Part shown: piece by piece, positions 30,085 to 40,916 of the stretch
Position numbering within the stretch: position 1 is the first letter of the stretch
Layout of the letters: each line of letters opens with the position of its first letter
Assembly (NCBI GenBank): GCA_963725865.1
Contig: CAVSAC010000010.1
Location: 224,001 to 288,000 of the forward strand
Reading direction: 5' to 3'
Source: Candidatus Eiseniibacteriota bacterium
GTDB taxonomy: Bacteria > Eisenbacteria > RBG-16-71-46
DNA: 64,000 nucleotides
Program-made: the position numbers and the translations under genes
The notes under the pieces: model-generated
What the model saw: only the letters and a program-made list of their open reading frames with translations
Databases searched by the model: none
What the model was told of the DNA's origin: nothing

Positions 30085-30608
30085 GCGAGCGCGGACGCCA
30101 GGGCCGCGAGCACCGTCGTCGCGACCGCGTCGGGCGTGCGGCCGTCGGTCGCGACCCGCACGTGGGCGAGCGCGGCGTACGCGGGGCCACGGCGCGCCAG
30201 CATCGCCTCCAGTCGCTGCTCCGGCGCCTCGCCGGCCAGCAGCGGCCGGCTGTCGAGCTCGGGCGCCAGGCGCCGCAGGGCCTCGGCGGGCGCCACCTGG
30301 AGCCACACCACGCGGCAGCGCGCCGCGAGCAGCGCGCGCGCGCCGTCGTCCTCCACGATGCCGCCCCCGCACGCGATCACCGCCGCGTCCGCGAGGGCGG
30401 CCGCCAGCGTCTCGCGCTCCTGGACGCGGAACCACGCCTCGCCCTCGCGGGCGAACAGCGTGGTCACTGGCGCGCCGTGGCGCGCCGCGATCTCGGCGTC
30501 GAGGTCGCGCACCCGGCCGCCGAGGCGCTCGCCGAGCGCGCGCGCGACCGCGGATTTGCCGGCACCGCTGAGTCCGATGAGCGCGAGAGGGCGGAACGGG
30601 TCGATCAC
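30081..30608 (-). CDS. aroK: Shikimate kinase
   Basis: GLSGAGKS, DLD, EGEAWFR, CGGG, RPLL; conserved position after pilQ. Confidence 0.93.
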   Translation of the reverse strand: MIDPFRPLALIGLSGAGKSAVARALGERLGGRVRDLDAEIAARHGAPVTTLFAREGEAWFRVQERETLAAALADAAVIACGGGIVEDDGARALLAARCRVVWLQVAPAEALRRLAPELDSRPLLAGEAPEQRLEAMLARRGPAYAALAHVRVATDGRTPDAVATTVLAALASALA

Positions 30609-30647
30609 GCCCGCAGCCTAGCACAGCGCGCGCGGCCCCCAGACGGA

Positions 30648-30677
30648 ACGGCCGCCGGTCGGAGGACCGGCGGCCGT
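30648..30677 (-). terminator. Probable terminator hairpin after pilQ
   Basis: Perfect 13-bp inverted repeat ACGGCCGCCGGTC/GACCGGCGGCCGT; the U-tract is weak. Confidence 0.6.
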
Positions 30678-30694
30678 CGCGCGTGTGCGAAGGA

Positions 30695-32077
30695 CTAGTT
30701 CGACGCCATCGAGGTAATGAGCCGCGGCGTCACGAAGATGATCAGCTCGCGGTTCTGGCGGGTGTTGCTGTCCGAGCGGAACAGCATGCCCAGCAGCGGC
30801 ACGTCCATCAGGAACGGCACGCCCCGGCGCACCTGCGAGTCGTTCGTGCGGATCAGGCCGCCGATGACCGCGGTCTGGCCGTCGTCCACCATCACGCGGG
30901 TGTCCGCCTCGGAGGTGTTGATGATGACGCCGCCCTGCACGGTGCTCTGCGTCGCGAGGTCGCTGACTTCGGGGTGCAGGTCCATGATGATCTTCTTGTC
31001 CTGCGTCAAGTGCGGCGTGACACGGAGCTGGATGCCGACGGTCTGGAGCTGCGACACCGGGTTGCCGGCGACGTCCTGGACGATGAGCGGGATCTTCTGC
31101 CCGACCAGGATCTTCGCCTCGCGATTGTCGACCGTGGTGATGCGCGGGTTGGAGATGATGTTCGCCTTGCGGTTCTGCTCCAGCGTCTGCAACTGGCCTT
31201 CGATCGACGCCCAGTCCTTGAAGATGCCGAACGTCAGGCGGTTCGCGGGATCACCGATCCCGGTATTGTGCTCGCCGCCGAGGATCATGGTCCCGTCGTC
31301 GCTGTGCGCAAAGCCGCCGCCCGGAAGGACCTTCGTGCCGGGGTCGGCCGGGTTGTCGGTACCCGTGAAGAACTCCGGACCATCGACCCTCTGTCCGACG
31401 TTCCACTCGATGCCGATCTGACGCAGCGCCTCGGCGTCCACGTCCACCAGCTTGGCGGTGATCTCGATCTGCGGCGTCGTCGAGTCGAGATCCATCGCCA
31501 TCTTCTCGACCTTGTCGACGTTCGACTCGAGATCGCTCACGATCAGCGAGTTCGTCCGCTTCTCGACCTGGATCACGCCGCGCTTCGTGAGCGACGGCTG
31601 GAGCGACTGCGCGAGCTCGCCGGCATTCGCGTAGTTCAGCCGGATGATGCGGGTGTCGAGCGGGGCGACGTCCATCTGCTTCGCCCGCGACGACTCGCGC
31701 TCGAGCGACTCGGACTGCAGCTTCTGCGCGTCGTCGACGCGCAAGATGCCGCCCTCGTCCACGTACTCGAGGTTGTTGCTGCGAAGGATCGTGCGCAGTG
31801 CGTCCTGCCAGCTGACGTTGCGCAGGGCGACCTTGACGGTACCCTTGACGTTGTTGGCGACGACGATGTTGCGTCCGCTGAACTCGGCCACCGCCCGGAC
31901 CACGGTGCGGATGTCCGCGCCTTCGACGTCGATGCTGAAGGTCCCGGATCCGGTGCGCACCATGCCGACCTGCTGCATGGCCGATGGCTGCTGCGCCGAC
32001 GCCGGCGCGGCCACGAACGCCGCGCCGCACGCGACGACGACGAGGATGAGCCCCGCCAGAATCTTACCGGTTCGCAT
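30695..32077 (-). CDS. pilQ: Type IV pilus secretin
   Basis: Signal peptide, N0/N3 domains (LNYANA, RTNSLIV), secretin domain (PRITTVDN, GQKIP, GVPFLMDVPLLGMLF, ELIIFVTPR). Confidence 0.95.
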   Translation of the reverse strand: MRTGKILAGLILVVVACGAAFVAAPASAQQPSAMQQVGMVRTGSGTFSIDVEGADIRTVVRAVAEFSGRNIVVANNVKGTVKVALRNVSWQDALRTILRSNNLEYVDEGGILRVDDAQKLQSESLERESSRAKQMDVAPLDTRIIRLNYANAGELAQSLQPSLTKRGVIQVEKRTNSLIVSDLESNVDKVEKMAMDLDSTTPQIEITAKLVDVDAEALRQIGIEWNVGQRVDGPEFFTGTDNPADPGTKVLPGGGFAHSDDGTMILGGEHNTGIGDPANRLTFGIFKDWASIEGQLQTLEQNRKANIISNPRITTVDNREAKILVGQKIPLIVQDVAGNPVSQLQTVGIQLRVTPHLTQDKKIIMDLHPEVSDLATQSTVQGGVIINTSEADTRVMVDDGQTAVIGGLIRTNDSQVRRGVPFLMDVPLLGMLFRSDSNTRQNRELIIFVTPRLITSMASN

Positions 32078-32744
32078 TGGAGTCTCCCTTTCGAGTCAGC
32101 GGGATCGCCACCGACTGAGACTGACCATCCACCGTCAGGTTCACGAGCATCTTGTCCCGCTTCATACCTTCGACGAAACCGTTCATCACCTTGTCCCCCT
32201 GTCGAAGGACGAGGCTGTTGCCACGGGCGTCCTCGCAGAGCGCGAACCGATCATCCGCACCCCACACGATGCCCACGACCTTGAGCCCGCCGATGTCGGC
32301 CGGCGCGTCACCACCCATGTCCTGGCCCACGAACGAGCCACCCATGAGCGGCTGGAACGGATCGCGGCGGCCCAGCGCGTTGTACTGGTAGGTGAGGCGC
32401 TCGTCGAGATGCGCGAGCGGCTCCACACCCTGACCCTGACGCGGCACCGGGCGCAGCGGCGACATCGCCGCCGCCGCCTGGGCGCTGGTCGTCGCGCCCG
32501 GCTGCGGTGCGACCGCCTTCGCCGACGCGGGCTTGACGGGGACGGCGCTCTTCGGAGCCGGCGCCGTCCGGGCCGGCGCCTTCGCGGGCGCGGCCGCCAT
32601 CGCGGCGCTCGGATCCATCCACTCGCCGGCCGTGCGCAGCGCCAGCGTGAGGGCTGCGCCCATCACGAGGCCGGTCACGACCAGGCCGGTGAGGATGCGG
32701 ACATCCTCGCGGCTCACGAGCGCGTGCTTACGACTTGCGCGCAT
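32064..32744 (-). CDS. pilP: PilP-like pilus assembly protein
   Basis: Y...GRRDPF.P and LKVVGIVW motifs; lies between pilO and pilQ. Confidence 0.7.
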   Translation of the reverse strand: MRASRKHALVSREDVRILTGLVVTGLVMGAALTLALRTAGEWMDPSAAMAAAPAKAPARTAPAPKSAVPVKPASAKAVAPQPGATTSAQAAAAMSPLRPVPRQGQGVEPLAHLDERLTYQYNALGRRDPFQPLMGGSFVGQDMGGDAPADIGGLKVVGIVWGADDRFALCEDARGNSLVLRQGDKVMNGFVEGMKRDKMLVNLTVDGQSQSVAIPLTRKGDSNANR

Positions 32745-33378
32745 TCGCCCCTCCCTTGCCGTTGCCCGGCGCCGCCGCCGCCGGCGCCACTGCCGGCGCC
32801 GCGGGGGCCGTGTTCAGGCTGTACGCCGAGGCGGTGAACTCCACCGCCGTGGTCTGGTAGTCGTCACCCTTGGCGTTCGACTTCATCCGCAGGTTCGAGA
32901 CGGTGATGATGCGGCGCAGGTTGGCGAGCTCCGCGAGGAACGAGCCGACCTGGTGGTAGCCGCCGTACACGGACAGCTGCAGCGGCAGCTCCGTGTAGTA
33001 CTGCTCGGCCTTGGTGCCCGACGGGCGGAAGGCCATGAACTCGACGCCGGTCTGCTGGGCGGCGAGCGTGATCTTGCGCAGCAGCACCGGCAGCTGCTTG
33101 TCGGCCGGAAGCAGCTCCGCCGCGAGCGCCCAGCGCTGGTGCAAGGTCTCGTACTCCGCTTCGAAACGCGGCAGGTCCGCGACCGTGGCGCGCGCGCGTG
33201 CCAGCTCGGTCGACTTCTGTTCGTAGTCCGACTTCAGCGAGTTCAGCTTCTCGTTCTGGTTCGGGTAGCTGAACGGCAGGAAGTGAGTGAAGAAGAAGAC
33301 CGCGAGCAGCCCGCCCGACAGCAGGACGCTCAGGATCAGCTTCTGGATCGTGGGACTCTTCAGATCGAAGTTCGCCAT
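32728..33378 (-). CDS. pilO: Type IV pilus assembly protein PilO
   Basis: TM helix plus coiled coil, LLP...LL, YYTELP, GGYHQVGSFL, RIITV. Confidence 0.92.
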   Translation of the reverse strand: MANFDLKSPTIQKLILSVLLSGGLLAVFFFTHFLPFSYPNQNEKLNSLKSDYEQKSTELARARATVADLPRFEAEYETLHQRWALAAELLPADKQLPVLLRKITLAAQQTGVEFMAFRPSGTKAEQYYTELPLQLSVYGGYHQVGSFLAELANLRRIITVSNLRMKSNAKGDDYQTTAVEFTASAYSLNTAPAAPAVAPAAAAPGNGKGGANARKS

Positions 33379-33387
33379 GGCGCCCCC

Positions 33388-33957
33388 CTAGTTCGCCGGC
33401 TCGTCCGGCGTCACCTGACAGCTGACGCGGAACCGCACGACATCGCGGTCGCCGATGGCGCCCCGCTCCGCGACCTCGAGCTCGACGCCTGCGAACATCG
33501 GCGAGCGCTCGAGACGCGACATGAAGTCCGAGACCACGAGATTCGAGTAGGTGACCCCCTCCAGCTGCAGGCCGCTTCCCGCATCCTGCGTCGCTCCCGT
33601 CAGCCAGAGGTGGTCGGGCACACAGCGAGCCAGCTCATCCATGAGCCGCACGCTCTGCGTACGCCCCTTTTCCAGCCGGCTGATGATGCCCAGCCGGAGG
33701 TCCAGCTCCGCCCGCTCCTGGGCGAGACGCTGGACGCGTTCGATCTGCGGCGCGAGCGCGCGCGACTGCGCTTCGACGTCCGCGATGGACTTGTCGAGGT
33801 TGGCGATCCGCATCCGCTGCGAGACCGCCGTACCGGCGATGACGAGCCCGGCCGCCGCGAGCATCGCGACCGGCACGACCAGGTCGCCGACCTTGAAGGT
33901 CATCGCGGGCTTCCGCTGGGTCTTGCCCTCCCGAGGAAGCAGATTGACGCGGATCAT
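33388..33957 (-). CDS. pilN: Type IV pilus assembly protein PilN
   Basis: MIRVNLLP PilM-binding motif, VPDHLWLT, FMSRLERSPMF. Confidence 0.92.
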   Translation of the reverse strand: MIRVNLLPREGKTQRKPAMTFKVGDLVVPVAMLAAAGLVIAGTAVSQRMRIANLDKSIADVEAQSRALAPQIERVQRLAQERAELDLRLGIISRLEKGRTQSVRLMDELARCVPDHLWLTGATQDAGSGLQLEGVTYSNLVVSDFMSRLERSPMFAGVELEVAERGAIGDRDVVRFRVSCQVTPDEPAN

Positions 33958-35009
33958 TTCTTGTCCCCCAGACGGCGCAGGGCGAGTCCGATGCCCACCG
34001 TCAGAAGCGGCGCCACCTTCATGACGTCCTGTCCCGCGAACAGCGCCGGGTCGTACCCGACGCGGGCCAGCGGATTGGCGATCTCCGCCGGGATGCCGAA
34101 CCGGCGGTTGAGGAACTCCGACACGCCCGGCGTCATCGAGCTGCCACCGCACAGCATGATGCGCGTGAGCGGACCGGCCTCGCCGGCGGTGCGCAGGTAG
34201 GCCTGCGCGCGCTCGAGCGCGGTGGCCAGGCCCTCGCACGCCTGCTCGATGACGGGCGTGATCTCGAGGCTGCCGCCCGACTCGCCGCGCACCGCAGCCG
34301 CGGCCTCGGCCTGGCTGAGGTTGAACTTGCGCATCGCGCCCTCGATGAAGCTGTCCCCGCCGACCTGGAGGTCCTTGGTGAAGTAGGGCACGCCGGCCTG
34401 GGTGATGTTGATGTTGGTGATCTCGGAGCCGATGTTCAGGATCGCGATCACCTCTTCGGGCGCGAAGTCGTAGTTCGCTTCCAGCGCGTTCTGGGCCGCG
34501 AACGAGTCGACGTCCACGATCAGGGGCGAGAGCCCGGCCTCGCGGATCAGGTCGCTGAAGGACATCACCATGTCCTTCTTGGCCGCCACCAGGAGCACCT
34601 GCATCTGCTTCGGGTCGCTCGGGGCAGGGCCCAGGATCTCGAAGTCGAGCGACACGTCGTTGATGTCGTAGGGGACGTGCTGCTCGGCTTCCCAGTAGAC
34701 CGCCTGCTGGGCGTCCTCGGCCGACAGCTTGTTCATCGTGATCTTCTTGACGATGACCGCGCGGCCGCTCACCGCCGCGACGACGCTCTTCGACTTGATC
34801 CCACGCGACTCGAGCAGGTTCGAGATCGCGTCCGTCACCAGCTGGCGGTCCATGATCTCGCCGTCCACGATCGCCTCGGCGAGCGGAGCGGAGATCCCCC
34901 AGTTGGTGAGGCGGTAGGACTTGTTCGACTGGAGTTCGAGCTCCACCGCTTTGACGGTGTGGCTCCCGATGTCCAGCCCCACGAGGGACTGCTTCTTCCC
35001 GAAGAGCAT
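33954..35009 (-). CDS. pilM: Type IV pilus assembly protein PilM
   Basis: VGLDIGSHTVK, EAEQHVPY, LNIG, LCGG, GLALR. Confidence 0.95.
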   Translation of the reverse strand: MLFGKKQSLVGLDIGSHTVKAVELELQSNKSYRLTNWGISAPLAEAIVDGEIMDRQLVTDAISNLLESRGIKSKSVVAAVSGRAVIVKKITMNKLSAEDAQQAVYWEAEQHVPYDINDVSLDFEILGPAPSDPKQMQVLLVAAKKDMVMSFSDLIREAGLSPLIVDVDSFAAQNALEANYDFAPEEVIAILNIGSEITNINITQAGVPYFTKDLQVGGDSFIEGAMRKFNLSQAEAAAAVRGESGGSLEITPVIEQACEGLATALERAQAYLRTAGEAGPLTRIMLCGGSSMTPGVSEFLNRRFGIPAEIANPLARVGYDPALFAGQDVMKVAPLLTVGIGLALRRLGDKK

Positions 35010-35135
35010 GTATTCACACTCCCTGTTTGCGATCCGCGACGCGGGGTCCTAAACGCACGGTCGGACCGCGGGCCTGGACGTTGCTCGCGCTGCGGGCGAG
35101 CGGATTTCTGGGCCTGATTGCGGCCTGCCGTCCGT

Positions 35136-35151
35136 AGCATCGACCGCACCA
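35136..35151 (-). promoter_or_regulatory. Possible sigma-54 promoter for pilMNOPQ
   Basis: TGGTGC-GGTCG-ATGCT (GG-N10-GC). Confidence 0.45.
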
Positions 35152-35221
35152 CGGAGCGACTTGAGGCGATTTATCGACTTGGCCGGATGACCGTTGCGGA
35201 ATGCATGCGAAACGCGATCCG

Positions 35222-35980
35222 TCAGCGGGACTTCTGCAGCAGCACGACGGGAGTGGCGAGCCGGCTCATGGCGAGCTCGCGGCGGCCGATCGCCAGCGCC
35301 CGGCGGATCCGCTCCATCTCCCGGTCCGCGATCTCCTGCAGGTATCGGTTCTGGGATTCGCGCTTCACGCTCGACCAGAGCTCGTAGGCCACCGTCAGGT
35401 CGCCCGCGTTCTGGCGGGCGAACGCCGCGAACCGAGCCGACTGCGGGGGACCGTCGGGCTGGCGGGCCGCCTGTTCGAACATCTCGGCGGCATTGCGCAG
35501 GTCCCGGCCGCCGGTGCGCACGTAGTAGAGGAAGCCCAGCTCGAACGCCAGGTGGCCGCTGCGCGGGTTCGCTTCCAGGCCCTTGAACATGAGGGCCTCG
35601 GCGCGCGGGAAGTCCCGACCCTCCTGCGCCAGCGCGAAGGCCCCGAACACGTACGCCGGAGTGAAGTGCGGGGCGAGGGAGGTGAGGATCTCGAACACGT
35701 GCCCCATGCGGACGAAGCGGTTGTCGGTCGCGCGGTGCTCGCCGTAGTACTGGACGGCCCGCAGCCACGCCATGTCGGCCGCGGTCTCGGCGTGGCCCAG
35801 GGTCGCGGGGCGCAGGAATTGCCCGGACGGGTAGTACGACAGCTCCTCGAGCGGCCGCGGATGCGGCAACACGGTCCATCCGACGCGCGCGAGCGTGACC
35901 GCCCCGAGGCCGAGCAGTAGCGCGACTCCCCAGGCGGCCAGCAGCCGCGTGCGCCAGGCGGGCAGGGCGGGCAGGCGCAT
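35222..35980 (-). CDS. Pilin-associated membrane-anchored TPR-like protein (Myxococcus PilG / Geobacter Xap-like)
   Basis: [31 protein letters not shown]; follows the ABC permease in the pil locus. Confidence 0.7.
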   Translation of the reverse strand: MRLPALPAWRTRLLAAWGVALLLGLGAVTLARVGWTVLPHPRPLEELSYYPSGQFLRPATLGHAETAADMAWLRAVQYYGEHRATDNRFVRMGHVFEILTSLAPHFTPAYVFGAFALAQEGRDFPRAEALMFKGLEANPRSGHLAFELGFLYYVRTGGRDLRNAAEMFEQAARQPDGPPQSARFAAFARQNAGDLTVAYELWSSVKRESQNRYLQEIADREMERIRRALAIGRRELAMSRLATPVVLLQKSR

Positions 35981-36744
35981 CACTTGAAGTCGCGGCTCTC
36001 GAACGCCGCTGCCCCGAGCGCCAGCGCGCAGCCCGCGTAGAGTGCGGCGTAGAGCGTGGCGATCCCGAGATGCTCGAACGACGTGCACTGCCCGGTGGCC
36101 GCCAGCGTGCGCATGTTGAACAGCGGAAGGTTCGGCAGCAGATCCGCTGCGAACCGGAGCGGACCCGCGAGGCCGGAGGGAAACTTCAGCGCCAGCTCGC
36201 GCAGGTCGTAGGACCACTGCCCGGCGAGGAAGAGCCCCAGGGTGTAGAGCGCCGACAGCACCGGCGTCGAAAGGGCCGAGAACAGCACCGCGATCGCCGT
36301 CACCACCGCGAGCTCGAGCGCGGCGAGATACGTAGCCTGCGCCAGCGACGCGCCGTAGGCCCCCTGGCCCCGCAGCCCGAGCACCAGCCACAGCGCCAGC
36401 CCCAGCGCGGCCGCCACCGACCAGAGCGCGGCGGTCAGCCCGGCCCACTTGCCGAGCAGGTAGGCCGGGCGCGCGATCGGACGCGACAGCAGGTTGTAGA
36501 TGGTCCGCCGCTCGATCTCCTTGGCGACCAGGTTGGTGCCGACCAGCAGGACCACCAGCAGTCCGAGCATCGAGATCGCGCTCAGGCCGAGGTCCACCGT
36601 CAGGCGCGTGCCCTCACCGAGCGCGAGCGGGCTCGCCACCTGCGTGAGTACCAGCAGCCCGATGCCGGCGATCGTGACGCCCGTCAGGACGCGATCGCGC
36701 GTGGCCTCGAGATAGGTGTTGCGCGCGACGAGCGCCGCGGTCAT
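35980..36744 (-). CDS. ABC transporter permease (PilI-like)
   Basis: [41 protein letters not shown]. Confidence 0.85.
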   Translation of the reverse strand: MTAALVARNTYLEATRDRVLTGVTIAGIGLLVLTQVASPLALGEGTRLTVDLGLSAISMLGLLVVLLVGTNLVAKEIERRTIYNLLSRPIARPAYLLGKWAGLTAALWSVAAALGLALWLVLGLRGQGAYGASLAQATYLAALELAVVTAIAVLFSALSTPVLSALYTLGLFLAGQWSYDLRELALKFPSGLAGPLRFAADLLPNLPLFNMRTLAATGQCTSFEHLGIATLYAALYAGCALALGAAAFESRDFK

Positions 36745-37763
36745 GCCGACCTCCGCGCGGGATCCGTTCCATGGGCGGCCAGCGCATCGGACAGGAACAG
36801 CTCCTCGAGGCTCGAACGCTGCGGCGTCACCGCGCGGACGGGCACGCGACTGCGCAGCAGCCACGCCAGCGTCTCGTCGAGGCGCGTGCCGGAGGCGAGC
36901 GTGAACACGGTGGCCTCGGGGCGCTCGGTGCGCGCGAGAACGTCGCCGAGTCCGGCCGGGATCTCGATGAGGCCGAGCCGCTCGCACACGATCTCGACCG
37001 CGGTCGGACGGTCGGCGACCAGCTCGCCGACGGTCGCGACCCGCGTCAGCCGACCGGCCACGATGATGGCCGCGCGATCGCACAGCATCTCGACGTCCGG
37101 GAGGATGTGCGAGGAGAACAGCACCGTGGTGCCGCGCTCGTGCTGCTCGAGGATGAGGTCGCGCACCTCGCGGCGTCCGATCGGGTCGAGTCCGCTCATC
37201 GGCTCGTCGAGGATCAGGAGCTCGGGCGAGTGCACCAGGGCGGCCGCCAGCCCGAGACGCTGGAGCATCCCCTTCGAGTACTTGCGCAGCACCAGGCGCG
37301 GACGGTCCCCGAGCCCCACGCGGCCCAGCCAGTGCGACGCGGCGGCGTGCGCCTCGCGCCCGCCGAGACCCGACATGCGAGCCGCGAACTCCAGGTACTC
37401 GGTGCCATTGAGGTAGTCGTAGAAATAGGGTTGCTCGGGCAGGAAGCCGAGCGCGCGCCGGCTGGCCACCGAATCGATCGGGATTCCCAGCAGCCACGCA
37501 TGTCCGGCGGTGGGCTTGAGCAGGCCGGTGAGCAGCTTGAGCGTGGTGGTCTTCCCGGCGCCGTTGGGGCCCAGGTAGCCCATCACCTCGCCCCGCCGGA
37601 CCTCGAAGTCGAGCGGCTCGAGGCCGTGAACCACCCGGAGCGTCCAGGAGCTGCGATAGTGCTTGGTGAGACCGCGAGCACAGACGGCCAGGCTGGGGTC
37701 CGGGCGGGCGTCCGCTCCTGCATCGCGCTCAATCGCTGATCGGTGTGGATGAGAATCGTTCAC
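36741..37763 (-). CDS. ABC transporter ATP-binding protein (PilH-like)
   Basis: [31 protein letters not shown]. Confidence 0.92.
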   Translation of the reverse strand: MNDSHPHRSAIERDAGADARPDPSLAVCARGLTKHYRSSWTLRVVHGLEPLDFEVRRGEVMGYLGPNGAGKTTTLKLLTGLLKPTAGHAWLLGIPIDSVASRRALGFLPEQPYFYDYLNGTEYLEFAARMSGLGGREAHAAASHWLGRVGLGDRPRLVLRKYSKGMLQRLGLAAALVHSPELLILDEPMSGLDPIGRREVRDLILEQHERGTTVLFSSHILPDVEMLCDRAAIIVAGRLTRVATVGELVADRPTAVEIVCERLGLIEIPAGLGDVLARTERPEATVFTLASGTRLDETLAWLLRSRVPVRAVTPQRSSLEELFLSDALAAHGTDPARRSA

Positions 37764-37874
37764 GGTGCTCCCGGGCCGGGGTGAGGCATGGGGACATGTC
37801 CCCACGCAACCTGTTGTCGGACCGCGTCGACTGGATGCAAGCGTCGAAGCGGGACGGCTCCGGGGATTGCGGAT

Positions 37875-37890
37875 TGCAACCCATGTGCCG
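37875..37890 (-). promoter_or_regulatory. sigma-54 promoter for the ABC operon
   Basis: CGGCAC-ATGGG-TTGCA. Confidence 0.65.
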
Positions 37891-37917
37891 TCCGGGAGGA
37901 CGGCGCGGAGCCCCGGC

Positions 37918-38377
<460 letters not shown>

Positions 38378-38406
38378 CGATTCCTCCTCCCTACCAGCTA
38401 TTTCAT

Positions 38407-38422
38407 CGCAACGGGCGTGCCA
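38407..38422 (-). promoter_or_regulatory. sigma-54 promoter for pilin 2
   Basis: TGGCAC-GCCCG-TTGCG, followed by RBS GGAGGAGG. Confidence 0.75.
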
Positions 38423-38699
38423 CCGCCGAGGTACAGGGCTCGAGGGCGGCAGGCGGCCCTAAGCGCATGCGGTGCAAACGCTCCCGGGATTGAGCCATCG
38501 GGCCCAGCCCGCCTTTGGGGCCCCCGCGCTTCGCACGACCGCATGCGGCGCGCAAGGATGCGTGCGTGGCGCATGGCGGCAACCTCCCGGATGCTCTGCG
38601 CGTTGGCGGCTGGCGGGACCGCGGCGGCGCCGCCGCCGAGCTCGGGCCCGCGCGTCACCCGGAACGCCGGCCACGGCGGCCGGGCTCCGCGCGCATGCC

Positions 38700-38740
38700 A
38701 AAACGCAACGAGGGCGGGATCGCTCCCGCCCTCGTGTGCA
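38700..38740 (-). terminator. Rho-independent terminator after pilA
   Basis: ACGAGGGCGGGA-GCGA-TCCCGCCCTCGT followed by TGCGTTTT. Confidence 0.8.
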
Positions 38741-38757
38741 ACCCGACTGCGATCGAA

Positions 38758-39198
38758 CTACTGACCGGCCGTCAGCACCAGGGCCAGCGCGGCGGACTTG
38801 CCGTGACCCTTGATGTTGTAGGTGATCGACGACGAGTCGGCATACGACGTGATGCCCGGCGTGGTGGCAGCGGCGGTCGCGAGGTTGCCATCGCCACGGT
38901 CTTCCCACGCACCGCCCGAACCAGTGCTCTGGTCGAACGGGTTCTTGAAGTTGACGCCCTGGCCCGGAAGCAGGACGTCGAGGAACGTGGCCACCGACTG
39001 CGCGTACGCACCGTCGTTCTGGACGCCGTAGTCCTCGGCCGTGAGCTGGAAGGTGTGCATGTTCGACTTCGTGCTGCCTTCCTTCGCCCGCGCCTGCATC
39101 GCGATGAAGTTCGGGATCGCGATGGCGGCGAGGATGCCGATGATGACGACCACGATCATCAGCTCGATCAGGGTGAAGCCCTTCTGAGTCTTGAACAT
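38758..39198 (-). CDS. pilA: Major type IVa pilin
   Basis: MFKTQKG/FTLIELMIVVVIIGILAAIAIPNF; strong RBS, own sigma-54 promoter and terminator; directly after pilR. Confidence 0.92.
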   Translation of the reverse strand: MFKTQKGFTLIELMIVVVIIGILAAIAIPNFIAMQARAKEGSTKSNMHTFQLTAEDYGVQNDGAYAQSVATFLDVLLPGQGVNFKNPFDQSTGSGGAWEDRGDGNLATAAATTPGITSYADSSSITYNIKGHGKSAALALVLTAGQ

Positions 39199-39267
39199 GA
39201 CGTGCGCTCCTCCTGGTGGTGGACTGCCCCGGGTCTGCTCTCTCGTCCGACCCTCAACCGTGAGTGC

Positions 39268-39283
39268 TGCAACCCGTGTGCCA
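39268..39283 (-). promoter_or_regulatory. sigma-54 promoter for pilA
   Basis: Exact consensus TGGCAC-ACGGG-TTGCA. Confidence 0.85.
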
Positions 39284-39460
39284 CTCGTGCCGATTCCGTG
39301 GCCTCCCGCCCAACCCATTCCTGGAGCGCCCGTTGCGGCGGGCCCTGCGAGGCAGCTCCGCGGCCGTAGCGGCCGAGCGGAGCGGGCAAACTTCAACCGC
39401 CCTCCTCAGCGCTTGTGCGAATCGCACGCACCGACCGAGCGCGATGCGTTCCGCACGACG

Positions 39461-40879
39461 TCATGCCGCGTGCGCCGTCCCCTCCTCGCCTCCACTCATG
39501 TCGAGCTCGTCCTCCGGATGCGCGCCGGGCTTCTCCACGCCGTAAGCGATCAGCTTGCGGTAGAGCGTGGAGGCGTTGATGCCGAGGATTTCGCTCGCGC
39601 GCTTCTTCTGCCAGCGCGTGTAGTTCAGGACCTTGAGGATGTACTCCTTCTCCAGCTCCTCCAGCGACAGCGTCGGCGAGTCGATCACCAGGCTGCCGCG
39701 ATGGCTCTGGCCGAAGCGGATCTTGTCGGGCAGATCCTCGGGGCCGATGGTGCCGCCCTCGTCGAGGATCAGCGCACGCTCCATCACGTTCTCGAGCTCG
39801 CGCACGTTGCCCGGCCAGTCGTACTTCATCAGCAGCTCCATCGCCTCTTTGTTGACCAGCTTCGCCGGGTTCTTCTCCGCGTGCCGCTTGAGGAAGTGGT
39901 CGACCAGCAGCGGAATGTCGTCGCGGCGCATGCGCAGCGGCGGGAGCTTGATCGGGATCACGTTGAGCCGGTAGAAGAGGTCGGCGCGGAAACGCCCCTC
40001 GGCGACCTCGCGTTCCAGGTCGGCATTGGTCGCGGCGACCAGCCGGCAGTCGATCTTGATCGGCTGCGTGCCGCCGACCGGGATGATCTCGCGCTCCTGC
40101 AGCGCGCGCAGCAGCTTCACCTGCGTCGCGAGCGGCATCTCGCCCACCTCGTCGAGGAAGAACGTGCCGCCCTCGGCGACCTGGAACATGCCCGCGGAGT
40201 CGCGGACCGCGCCCGTGAACGAGCCCTTCACGTGGCCGAACAGGTTGCTCTCGAGCAGGTCACGCGGGATCGCGCCGCAGTTGATGCTCACGAAGGGGCC
40301 GTTCACGCGGCGACTGCTGTAGTGCACCTCGCGGGCGATCAGCTCCTTACCGGTGCCGCTCTCGCCCTGGATCATGATGGTGGCCTCGCTGTCGGCGACC
40401 TTCTCCACCATCTTGAACACCCGCACCATCTCGTCCGAGGAGCCGATGATGACCTTCTCCTCGTGGCCCTTCTTGAGCTCGCGCTTGAGGTACTGGTTCT
40501 CGACCCGCACCTTGCGCATCTCGATCGCGTTGCGAACCACCAGCTTGATCTCGTCGTTCTTCGCGTTCTTGATCAGGTACTGGAAGGCGCCCAGGTTGAC
40601 CGCATCGATCGCCGACTGCTGCGAGGCGTAGGCGGTCATGATGAGCACGGGCAGCGAGGGATCGTGCTTCTTGATCCCCTGGAGCAGCTGGATGCCGTCC
40701 ATCCCGGGCATCTTGATGTCGGTGATGACGACGTCGAACGCCTCGGCCTTGACCCGCTCGAGCGCTTCGCGCCCGTTGCTCACCGCCGTGACCTGGTATC
40801 CCTCCTTGCGGAGCACGATGCTCAGGAACTGCGTCATGCTCTGCTCGTCGTCCACCACCAGGATGCGTTCCGCGGGCAT
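39461..40879 (-). CDS. pilR: sigma-54-dependent response regulator (PilR/NtrC family)
   Basis: REC domain (VVDDE, DIKMP), AAA+ GESGTGKE, GSFTGA, FRADLFYRLNV, C-terminal HTH. Confidence 0.9.
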   Translation of the reverse strand: MPAERILVVDDEQSMTQFLSIVLRKEGYQVTAVSNGREALERVKAEAFDVVITDIKMPGMDGIQLLQGIKKHDPSLPVLIMTAYASQQSAIDAVNLGAFQYLIKNAKNDEIKLVVRNAIEMRKVRVENQYLKRELKKGHEEKVIIGSSDEMVRVFKMVEKVADSEATIMIQGESGTGKELIAREVHYSSRRVNGPFVSINCGAIPRDLLESNLFGHVKGSFTGAVRDSAGMFQVAEGGTFFLDEVGEMPLATQVKLLRALQEREIIPVGGTQPIKIDCRLVAATNADLEREVAEGRFRADLFYRLNVIPIKLPPLRMRRDDIPLLVDHFLKRHAEKNPAKLVNKEAMELLMKYDWPGNVRELENVMERALILDEGGTIGPEDLPDKIRFGQSHRGSLVIDSPTLSLEELEKEYILKVLNYTRWQKKRASEILGINASTLYRKLIAYGVEKPGAHPEDELDMSGGEEGTAHAA

Positions 40880-40916
40880 GTCGTCCACCTCTCTCCGGGG
40901 GTTCAATGGGGGACCG

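Noticed and set aside
35010..35221. c-di-GMP riboswitch upstream of pilM or the pilins
   Set aside because: Only isolated GCAAA words are present; no GEMM two-stem architecture is recognisable.
38685..38700. TGGCATGCGCG resembling a sigma-54 -24 box
   Set aside because: There is no GC at the -12 position.
38758..39198. PilA as a Geobacter-type conductive e-pilin
   Set aside because: It is a full-length pilin with about 11 aromatic residues in about 139 by hand count, and position 27 is not aromatic.
39255..39270. CIRCE-like half site (GCACTC)
   Set aside because: There is no second arm; it overlaps the pilA sigma-54 promoter and is not near heat-shock genes.
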